From the NCBI GenBank assembly GCA_963783575.1, contig CAWAOD010000011.1, forward strand, positions 192,001-256,000: a stretch of 64,000 nucleotides of DNA, read 5' to 3'. Every line of letters starts with the position of its first letter. The stretch's first letter is position 1. The notes beneath the pieces were generated by a model. The model did no database searches, was not told the origin of the DNA, and was given only the letters and a program-made list of their open reading frames with translations. A program made the translations under genes and the position numbers. The stretch comes from an uncultured Spirochaetota bacterium (GTDB taxonomy: Bacteria > Spirochaetota > Brevinematia > Brevinematales > JAOACQ01). Of the stretch, positions 35,495 through 43,820 are shown one piece after another.

Positions 35495-36802
35495 ATGAAA
35501 ATAAGTAAATTTAAAAACATCAGGTTTGAACGGAACCGTTCGGTAATTTATATATCCGTAATACTTCTTGCTTTAGTTTCGATTCTTGCGATTTTCTGGT
35601 TTTTTCATAATGCCCCGCCGAATAATCTGATAATTACAGCAGGTCCTGAGAATAGTTCACTCTGGCATTTTGCCGAGGAATATCAGAAAATTCTCAAACG
35701 CAGCGGAGTCAAGCTAACCATTTTATCATCTGATGGTTCTGTTGAAAATTTAAAACGTCTGTCTGACTTATCCAACACGGTTGATATAGGTTTTGTTCAG
35801 GGAGGTATCCAGAACAGTAATACTGGAAATCTTGTTTCGCTAGGCAGTATAACTTATGAACCAATTTATATTTTCTATAGAAATCCGGCTCCTCTCGATT
35901 TTATTTCCGATTTTAAAGGGAAACGCCTTGCAGTCGGCGAGCCCGGAAGCGGTACTCTTAAGTTTTCGCAATTACTACTTTCCAATAACGGCATAGTAAC
36001 AGGCGGTTCTACTGCGTTCCTTGAAACTGATTCGGATGAAGCAGTTACGGATTTACTGAAAGGAAATATCGATGCGGTGTTTCTTATGGGAGATTCGGCT
36101 TCTTCCGCCAAAATAAATTTTTTGCTCAAAGATCCGGCGATCCATCTTTATAGTTTCAAGCAGGCAGATGCCTATACGAGGCATATAAACTATCTGCATA
36201 AGATAGTTCTTCCGATGGGGTGCTTTGATTATGCAAAAAATATTCCGCCTTCTGACATTAATCTCATTGGCCCGGCTATTCAGATTATCGCAAGAAAAAG
36301 CCTGCATCCAGCCCTGTCGGATTTAATCCTTCAAGCCGCGGAAGAAGTACATTCAAAACCGGGCCTTCTCAAACAAAGGGGTGAGTTTCCGGCTCCGATG
36401 GTAATCGATATTAAAATAAGCTCAGATGCCAAACGCTACTATAAGTCGGGTGAGGGTTTTCTTTATAAGATTTTCCCATTCTGGCTGGCTAGCCTGTTCG
36501 ATAGGATTTTATTTTTGATCCTGCCGCTTATAGTTTTATTTCCTTCGATTATCCGTGGCGTTCCCGCTTTCTTCCAGTGGCGGATCAAGACACGTATCTA
36601 CCGTTTTTACCGCCAGCTGCTCAATATCGAACACAATGTCAGGATAAACCGGCCTGGAGAACTTACCCTGCTTTATGAAGAACTTGACAGTATAGAAGAC
36701 CAGGTAAATAAAAATGTGCCGGTTTCATTCGCCGAATCATTTTATATTTTGCGTGAACATATCGATTTTGTCCGTGAAAGAATCAAACATATATCAAAAT
36801 AA
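35495..36802 (+). CDS. TAXI-family solute-binding protein with C-terminal membrane helix
   Basis: S.GSVENL..L, DIGFVQGG, YEPIYIFYR, KGKRLAVGEPGSGT, LHPAL, PFWLA. Confidence 0.8.
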   Translation: MKISKFKNIRFERNRSVIYISVILLALVSILAIFWFFHNAPPNNLIITAGPENSSLWHFAEEYQKILKRSGVKLTILSSDGSVENLKRLSDLSNTVDIGFVQGGIQNSNTGNLVSLGSITYEPIYIFYRNPAPLDFISDFKGKRLAVGEPGSGTLKFSQLLLSNNGIVTGGSTAFLETDSDEAVTDLLKGNIDAVFLMGDSASSAKINFLLKDPAIHLYSFKQADAYTRHINYLHKIVLPMGCFDYAKNIPPSDINLIGPAIQIIARKSLHPALSDLILQAAEEVHSKPGLLKQRGEFPAPMVIDIKISSDAKRYYKSGEGFLYKIFPFWLASLFDRILFLILPLIVLFPSIIRGVPAFFQWRIKTRIYRFYRQLLNIEHNVRINRPGELTLLYEELDSIEDQVNKNVPVSFAESFYILREHIDFVRERIKHISK

Positions 36803-36827
36803 ACTATTATACTAAATTGATAATGAC

Positions 36828-39182
36828 TCACCATTTCATCCATACGTCAAGTGAAGGGTATATGCCTATCGGGCTTTGATTTTCAACTTTTGTACTATAA
36901 TTGTCAGCATAACTTATATATGTCACCGGCCTGTAATTATAAACATTATTAACCTGTAAATCAATCCCCGCGGGAAAGTCCCAAAGCTTTCCGGTGTATT
37001 CAAGCTTCAGGTTCAATGAGTGCACATCGGGAAGCCAGGCTGAATTATACCTGCCCCAAACCGGAGTGTATAAAGTATTGTTACCCATAATATTTGTCCG
37101 TACAGACACAAGCGGCGTATATTGGCCGCCTGACTGCCACTGAAATTCCGATGTCAGAGACCAGTTCTTATTTATTTCCCATATTGCCGTAAGATCTACC
37201 TTGTATGGAAGGGAACCTGCTTCAAACCACTCATTCATCGGAGGATTGGCATACTGGCCTAAAACTGTTACCGATGGCCCGCCCATAACCGAACCTGGAT
37301 TAAGGTTGCAGAGAGTATTGGGATCGACGCCGTAATCACGGTATCCGCGGGCATAGTAACCGGATATGCTAATCCATCCGTAAACCGGGAAACCGTCTTT
37401 TTTCTTTGTAAGAAGAAGGTCGATTCCGAAAACCTGATGCTTTTCTCCTGTGGTCTGCAGAAGAAATTGGGTATTCGATTCCTCGGATAAATAATTTATA
37501 TAATTTTTAAAATATCCCTCTAAACTGATACAATAAACCCTGTTAAAGTTTAACTCTGTACCAAGAATATAATGCCAGCAGCCGGGAATGTTAAGGCTTG
37601 AGTTTGTGTCGAGAATTGAGACATCAAAAGAGTCCGAAGGAAATTCGGAAAGGAGACCGGCGCTTGCGTAAATTTTACTCTCAGCAAACCTGTAACCTAT
37701 GGTGAGCCTCGGATCAAAAGAGTATTTCTTTATATAATCTACATAATTAAACCTGATTCCGTCCTGTATGTAAAATTTTTTATCAAAAAAATCCGATTCG
37801 TTTTCAATAAAAGGCGAGTATATTCCGAGTGCTCCATTATACGAATTGTTCCCGAAAGTCAGCCATTCCTGATGGCCTGTGACCTGGTTTGTTACAAGGC
37901 CGACACAGTAATTCGTATAAAAAAGGCCGGGAAAATATATGACTTCGCCGCCAACATCAAATGATATGTTTTCGGATAGAGTATAGCTGACTAACCCTTT
38001 GTATCTCAGGTTATACGCAGAATCCCTCATTAGAGTTGTGTTGTCCGGTTCATTCATTTCCAGATCCTGGTAGCTTCCCATAAAACCGATTGACTGATCA
38101 ATCGACCATTCCCTTGAAAATGAATGTTTCCAGTTAAGATTGATCAAACCGTCATAATAATCCATAATGCCGGAATTTGTCGCATTCCTGCCGGTAAATG
38201 ATGAATTTGTCCAGAATGTCGGTTCTTCCGAAAAAAGCCAGACAAGCGAAACAACATCACCGCCGTCTTTATACTGAATCCTGCCATGTGAGTCAAGATA
38301 ATAGGGAGCATGAAAATTCGTGCCGATTCCATTTACACCCTGAACAAAAAAAGGCAGGATAAGATCATACTGAGTCCTTCTGATGCCGCCGGCAAAATTC
38401 CATTTCTGGTCTTCGGAGGCTCCGGAGACTGCCGCATATGTGTTTATTAGCCCGAGGTCCACTTTGCCATGAAAGCCAGGTTCGCCTTCGATCATATTGA
38501 CCTGAAGAAGCGACGACATTGACTGTCCGTATCGTGCCGGAAGAACACCCTTGTAAATGTCGATTCCATCAACAATTTCATCTATAAAAACCGAGTCGCC
38601 TATAAAGTGGTGGTAGGGGTATTGGATTAAAGCGTCATCAAGGAGCGCGGCGTTTTCATTACCGGTGCCTCCCCTGACAGACAGTTTTGTGTTATTAAAA
38701 GTGTTGCCAATACCAAGATCGCTTACTCCGGGCATCAGGGTCAATGAGTGAACAGGATCGCCAGTGATCGAATCCGGGGCTTTATTGCGTAAATCTTTCG
38801 ATATTACATTTTTAGATTCCGTTCCTTTCAGTTTTTCACCCGTAACCTGAACTTCACCAAGGGACAAGGAGCTTTGCGGAATAATGTAAAAATTGATGCT
38901 GATATCCGATTTTAAGTTTATATCTTTCGTTTCCTGATAATATCCTACTGCGCCCGCTGAAAGTGAATACATCCCGGCCGCTGTTTCCAGAATAAAAGAA
39001 CCGTTGTCTTCTGCCTGAGCCGCGGTTAAGACATTTGTCCCCGATTTGAGAATGACGGTAGCCGATGGAACCGCGCTTCTCGAATCCGATCTGAATACCC
39101 TGCCTCTGATTTGATAACAAAAAGCTGAGACCGGTATTATAATAAACAATATCAATAATATTCGCAAAGGTATACCCTCCAT
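36828..39182 (-). CDS. TonB-dependent receptor with N-terminal carboxypeptidase-regulatory-like domain
   Basis: Signal peptide; L.EVQVTG; plug L..MPGV...LSVRGG...EN..LLD; KG..PARYG; PRL; NNVYN; terminal Trp. Confidence 0.85.
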   Translation of the reverse strand: MEGIPLRILLILFIIIPVSAFCYQIRGRVFRSDSRSAVPSATVILKSGTNVLTAAQAEDNGSFILETAAGMYSLSAGAVGYYQETKDINLKSDISINFYIIPQSSLSLGEVQVTGEKLKGTESKNVISKDLRNKAPDSITGDPVHSLTLMPGVSDLGIGNTFNNTKLSVRGGTGNENAALLDDALIQYPYHHFIGDSVFIDEIVDGIDIYKGVLPARYGQSMSSLLQVNMIEGEPGFHGKVDLGLINTYAAVSGASEDQKWNFAGGIRRTQYDLILPFFVQGVNGIGTNFHAPYYLDSHGRIQYKDGGDVVSLVWLFSEEPTFWTNSSFTGRNATNSGIMDYYDGLINLNWKHSFSREWSIDQSIGFMGSYQDLEMNEPDNTTLMRDSAYNLRYKGLVSYTLSENISFDVGGEVIYFPGLFYTNYCVGLVTNQVTGHQEWLTFGNNSYNGALGIYSPFIENESDFFDKKFYIQDGIRFNYVDYIKKYSFDPRLTIGYRFAESKIYASAGLLSEFPSDSFDVSILDTNSSLNIPGCWHYILGTELNFNRVYCISLEGYFKNYINYLSEESNTQFLLQTTGEKHQVFGIDLLLTKKKDGFPVYGWISISGYYARGYRDYGVDPNTLCNLNPGSVMGGPSVTVLGQYANPPMNEWFEAGSLPYKVDLTAIWEINKNWSLTSEFQWQSGGQYTPLVSVRTNIMGNNTLYTPVWGRYNSAWLPDVHSLNLKLEYTGKLWDFPAGIDLQVNNVYNYRPVTYISYADNYSTKVENQSPIGIYPSLDVWMKW

Positions 39183-39453
39183 ACGAATATTTTAATAGCA
39201 AATAACTTGCCAAAAAGCCGATTTAAAAAATTTTATATATTTGTTACAAAATCTTATTGGCAGTGGAAACTGCCCACAATTCCGTTTTATAAAAAACCGG
39301 TTTTTATGAGATTTTCGAACTGCCCTCATATCAGTTATGATATTGGGAAAACTATCAAAAATGATAGGTATTCGCTTTGATTATTGGGAACAACCCTGCA
39401 ACAAGGTTTAAAATTAAGACATTCACTAATAATGTATTTGGATTTACCGGAAT

Positions 39454-39834
39454 TTAGTCTTGCATCTGAATAATCGCATTATCTTTATTTCTTTCTTTCT
39501 CAATAATATTCATTACTTTATTCGCAAGTATTCTATTTTTGGAACGAAGTAAATAGTATAATTTATTTAATGAGATCTTCTCGTCTCTATTTATAATTCT
39601 ATTTTTTTCCCGCGCTTTTTCAATGTCCTTAATTGTTATATCTTTACGGTCTTCTGTCAGGCTTAAAGCGAGTAAAGCAATCTTCTTTTCTCTTATTATT
39701 TTGCGAATATCAATATTATATTCTTTACTGATCTTTTTAAGATATAAATTACGCCTGGGATTTGTTATCAAAAAATAATCCGGATACTTTTTAATCATAT
39801 CCATAAGAATTAAATTTTTTTCATTTTGACACAT
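39454..39834 (-). CDS. Hypothetical basic protein
   Basis: 126-aa ORF with GAGG upstream; no motif recognised. Confidence 0.45.
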   Translation of the reverse strand: MCQNEKNLILMDMIKKYPDYFLITNPRRNLYLKKISKEYNIDIRKIIREKKIALLALSLTEDRKDITIKDIEKAREKNRIINRDEKISLNKLYYLLRSKNRILANKVMNIIEKERNKDNAIIQMQD

Positions 39835-40062
39835 AATAATAACCTCATAATAAAATTTAACCGCCTATAATATAAAAACAAATTTAAATATTGTCTACCA
39901 ATACAGGATAATTTTTTAATCAATATTTCAATCGCGAAAAAAAGGCTTTTTAAGACTTTGAAGTTGAGTGTTGAGGTAATTGTGATTGACAATTAAAGGC
40001 AATGAGATGCATGTTCCCTTTTGGCAAAAGGGAGAAAGCTCTTTCCTTTCTTTCTGTTCGCC

Positions 40063-41788
40063 TTGTCTGTCGAAAAACTATAAAAAGAGAAAAAGCGATT
40101 TTCTATAACATTCGGATATCACATTTGATTTCTAGGATATCCGAAAATTAATCTCATATACAATTTATTATAGCTTAAATTACATAATTACACTCCTGTA
40201 CCATTTTATATCATTCTCATATACTCAATCCTTTGCATATTACAGCCTGAAAATATTTTCCCAAATTATGTGAAGTGGAATTCCAGAGCCAATCCATTTC
40301 TACTTTTTCTTTTCCACGATAATAGGTTTGAGAAAAATCTTTCTGCGTTTTAAGGTTGGCAAAATTGTGTTCCTTTCCAATTCTCTTGCTGTATATCTTT
40401 TGCCCTTCATCACTTCTCAATTTATTAAGATAACTGTCGATTTCCTTTCTGTTCTCTAACTCAAACAGATTGAAATTTACAGTCTTTTGGTTTCTGCTGG
40501 GATTTATGTTCGTATAACATTCCTTATTATTTTCACATTCCTTACATTGTGATCGATTATAGAAAAAGTGGATTTTGCCTCTTTTATCATCAATGTATCC
40601 TTTGGTATTTAATCCACCACAGCACTTTAACCGATACTCTCTGTTATCACCTTTTATGATTTCAAAATTCTTTCTCTTTTGTACCTCTTTCCCAAAATCT
40701 CTCTCTTTTATATCAATATAGCAATCCAATCCTTTTTCTTCCATTTCCAGAATGTCTGTCATATTTTGAAATCCCGAATCCAGCAGGTACTTACTTTCCT
40801 GCTTTACCCCCAATTCCTCTTTAAGCTTTTCCACTTCCTCAATCATGGGTTTCGCACTGTATTTCTCATTCAATTTATCGTTTTCACAGCTTAGTATTAT
40901 GTCATTGTTACTGATCATCATTCTTATATTATATCCCTGAATATATCCGCTCTTGTCAGGCCCCAATGTAAGAGAGCTGTCGGGATCGGTTAAATTATAA
41001 TGATCTTTGCCTGTAATGGTTTTGTCTCCTTCTTTTAATCTTTCTTCTTCAAGCATCTTTTGATAAACTTCCACCTGTTCCATCACTCTGTTGTAAAGCT
41101 TTTCCTGACGTTCTATACGCTTTTTTTCAGCCATATACTTTTCTTCTTCCAATTCACCACGATTTAGTTTCTCATCTGTCTCCAAACTCCTTTTAACTAC
41201 TTTGGTTGCCATTTTGCGGTAAGTTCTCATCACTTTGTCGGCTCTTTCCCTGGTCATCGTCTTTGACTTTGATGCATTGGCTTTGATTTTCGTTCCGTCC
41301 CCCACAACTACATCCCAATCAATCTCTCCTATGTTATTTAATAAAAAAAGAATTGTCGCAAACAGATTTGTAATTTCGTCATCAAACTGGATTTTAAAAT
41401 CGCAAAGCTTTGAATGATCTATGCTAAGACGGTTTGATACATACATAAATCCTATGTGGGTTCTGAGAAGATTTTCTACCTTGCGGCTGGAATGGATTCC
41501 TTGCAAATAACCATAGAGAATCGCAGATATAACATCTTGAGGATGTTTCCCTTTCCGCCCTGTTTCATCATTGGAATAATATTTATCAAACCTTTGTATA
41601 TCAATGTATTTCGCCACAAACTTTTTTAGAAGGACTTCACGGCTGTATTCATCGAATTGTTCCTGCAAATTGATGGCTAACAATTCTCCCTGGTCTAGAT
41701 TTCCTCTCTTATATCTCGCCATTGTCTTTCCCCTCTTTAATTTTGCAACTAACTATTATATCATATTTTCGGATTTTTCGACAGACAA
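40063..41788 (-). mobile_element. IS1182-family insertion sequence (type A)
   Basis: 15-bp perfect terminal IR TTGTCTGTCGAAAAA (40063-40077 / 41774-41788); 4-bp direct repeat CGCC on both flanks. Confidence 0.88.
40217..41722 (-). CDS. IS1182-family DDE transposase
   Basis: LYGY..GI.SSRK.E, DGTKIKANAS, TDPDS, GYN, DSGF, YSKR..KEHNFANLK. Confidence 0.9.
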   Translation of the reverse strand: MARYKRGNLDQGELLAINLQEQFDEYSREVLLKKFVAKYIDIQRFDKYYSNDETGRKGKHPQDVISAILYGYLQGIHSSRKVENLLRTHIGFMYVSNRLSIDHSKLCDFKIQFDDEITNLFATILFLLNNIGEIDWDVVVGDGTKIKANASKSKTMTRERADKVMRTYRKMATKVVKRSLETDEKLNRGELEEEKYMAEKKRIERQEKLYNRVMEQVEVYQKMLEEERLKEGDKTITGKDHYNLTDPDSSLTLGPDKSGYIQGYNIRMMISNNDIILSCENDKLNEKYSAKPMIEEVEKLKEELGVKQESKYLLDSGFQNMTDILEMEEKGLDCYIDIKERDFGKEVQKRKNFEIIKGDNREYRLKCCGGLNTKGYIDDKRGKIHFFYNRSQCKECENNKECYTNINPSRNQKTVNFNLFELENRKEIDSYLNKLRSDEGQKIYSKRIGKEHNFANLKTQKDFSQTYYRGKEKVEMDWLWNSTSHNLGKYFQAVICKGLSI

Positions 41789-42132
41789 CGCCCGTCAGGA
41801 AGGTGCCGCCCGAGAGGGCGGGTTATTGACGGGAAGAACGCTGCGAAAGAAAGTAACTTTTGCGTCCCTCCGTAACTTGCGTCCGTGCTTCGGACAGATC
41901 TGCGGGCACGCCAACGTCTGTTGGCTCGCAAAAGTGACTTTCTTTCTCCGCTTTGCTTTCCCGTGAATTTTGTAAAAAAGAACAGCCGGGAAAGTTATAA
42001 ACGATTCCTTTTATGATTAATAATGATCGGAAATTATCAGTTCTTTTTGTCTATTGGCCGGCTGTTCATGTGTTTTATTTAACTTCTTGGAATGATTATT
42101 TTAAGCCTGTAACTCAATTAACAAAAGGAACG

Positions 42133-42404
42133 GCCCCTTCGCATTAGCGCCATTTCATGTGAAGATATTTGTTTATTCAGAGGTGTTGTTATTCCAGGTT
42201 TTATTAAAAGCTCTATTTTTATTAAAGAGCCTCACTATGCAGTCCTGCTGCGTTCGGGTCGCAGCTGTCCTGGCTGCGAAATACGAACAGATCAATTAAT
42301 CATGAAACGGGAATAACAACGAAAGTTATACCAAGATCGTTTTTGACCACAGGGAAGATCAATCAGAAATGGCGCTAATGCTGCGGGGGGCGATTAAGCA
42401 GGCT
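42133..42404. mobile_element. Structured MITE/REPIN-like element, copy 1
   Basis: Own inverted ends GCATTAGCGCCATTTC / GAAATGGCGCTAATGC; inner IR GTTGTTATTCC / GGAATAACAAC; inverted homologue at 49697-50093. Confidence 0.75.
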
Positions 42405-42456
42405 GGTGATGGATTGAGAGGAATGTAAAATTTGAAGTTAGTTGTTGATGATATTG

Positions 42457-42568
42457 TTCGGTCACAGAGTAGCGGGCATGTTTATGGTCACTTCGATACG
42501 TGGCAGAGCCTCTACTCAGTGACCGAAGCTTTTCTTAAAAGATGGAACTAGACGCGTATCGAAGTGAC
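42457..42568. repeat. Two interleaved inverted-repeat pairs (nested REP-like copies)
   Basis: TTCGGTCAC.GAGTAG / CTACTC.GTGACCGAA and GTCACTTCGATACG / CGTATCGAAGTGAC. Confidence 0.7.
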
Positions 42569-42929
42569 TGTCATGAAAACTATGGAATTTTCATCCTCTG
42601 AAAAGAAAGTGTGAGTATTTCTTTTTATTGAATATTTATTTATAATTCAGTTGTCAAGTTAACTGGCATTATTTTTAAATAATTAGCTACATGGTCTTGC
42701 AGAAATAAATCGTTAGGTATATAATAGAGTATAAAATTAAAAAAGTTTGCCAGGTTAAAAAATGGATCGGAATGAGAATCCAGGCAGAATAATCCATCAT
42801 ATAAATCGCATAAAAGCCGTTGTCGAACACTTCGAAATACTTGCCTCAATTAATACAATAAATACTTTCAATCATATTCTTGTCGGAGATAATTATTTAT
42901 TAAGCAAAACTGTTGAAATATAAAAAAAT

Positions 42930-42947
42930 TGTCGCACCGGTGCGACA
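42930..42947. promoter_or_regulatory. Perfect 18-bp palindrome, putative protein-binding site
   Basis: TGTCGCACCGGTGCGACA, 4 nt upstream of RBS GGAGG. Confidence 0.75.
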
Positions 42948-42961
42948 TTCCGGAGGTAAAA

Positions 42962-43432
42962 ATGGCCAGGAATGACATTGTTTTAGAAAAGGAAGATAGC
43001 AGGGATTTAGCGGAATTTGATAGCCTTATTAATAAAGCTTTACAGGCCAGAAGGAAAATTGAAACAGGCTTTATTGAACTGGCGGAAAGTATTTTTGATA
43101 TTCATAAAAAGAAACTCTACCGTTTGAAATACAATACATTCAATGAATTCTGCGAAGAAGAACTTGGTTTTTCAAGGCAAACGGTTTATGTCTATATCTC
43201 TATTTTAAAACTGATTGTAGCATATCCGAAATATTTTCCTAAAGAAAAAGCAATTGAATTCGGCCACAAAAAAATGCGTTATATAACTGAAGGAGTAAAT
43301 GCGATTAATGGAAAATCGGCTGATGATAATATAAAAGAAACAAAGAAAATAGAAATATTGGAACATGTAAAACCCAGTATGGCTTCAACAGAAATAGAAT
43401 CATATATTGAAGATATTGTAAGCAAATTATGA
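42962..43432 (+). CDS. Small DNA-binding protein resembling PF49/ParZ/DUF3102-type proteins
   Basis: RBS GGAGG, ATG 42962; DIHKKKLYRLKYNTFNEFCEEELGFSRQTVYVYI helix-turn-helix-like motif. Confidence 0.6.
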   Translation: MARNDIVLEKEDSRDLAEFDSLINKALQARRKIETGFIELAESIFDIHKKKLYRLKYNTFNEFCEEELGFSRQTVYVYISILKLIVAYPKYFPKEKAIEFGHKKMRYITEGVNAINGKSADDNIKETKKIEILEHVKPSMASTEIESYIEDIVSKL

Positions 43433-43433
43433 T

Positions 43434-43451
43434 TGTCGCACTGGTGCGACA
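43434..43451. promoter_or_regulatory. Second copy of the 18-bp palindrome (1 mismatch)
   Basis: TGTCGCACTGGTGCGACA, beginning 2 nt after the stop codon. Confidence 0.75.
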
Positions 43452-43820
43452 TTTGATAAACATAAAGTCTGAATCGGGGCAAAGTCCAATATTTCAAGAC
43501 TTTCTGTCCGTTTCCCCGGGAGGCCGAAATCAGTTACTTTGAGAGAGTATTAGACTTTTTTAGAATCGAAACCGAGGATGAAAATGAGAAAAAGCGCATT
43601 TATTATTCTGCTCCCCTCGATAGTGCGGCAAAGCGGGAAGCCATGAACTCGGGGAGTGAATCAAATAACATTAACTCGAATAGAGGAGATACTTTGAGTA
43701 ATTTTGAAATTCTATATTGTGAATGTAATAAAGGGACAGGAGTTTTGGTTGCTTATTTTTAAGATAATTTTATCTGATATAAAGTGTTTATCATTTTCAT
43801 TAAAATAATAGAGGCTATTT

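Noticed and set aside
41604..41966. 120-aa plus-strand ORF
   Set aside because: Antisense to the transposase and runs through the IS end and a palindromic element
43490..43700. Possible gene remnant before the PHP-ATPase
   Set aside because: Short open stretch with no recognisable homology
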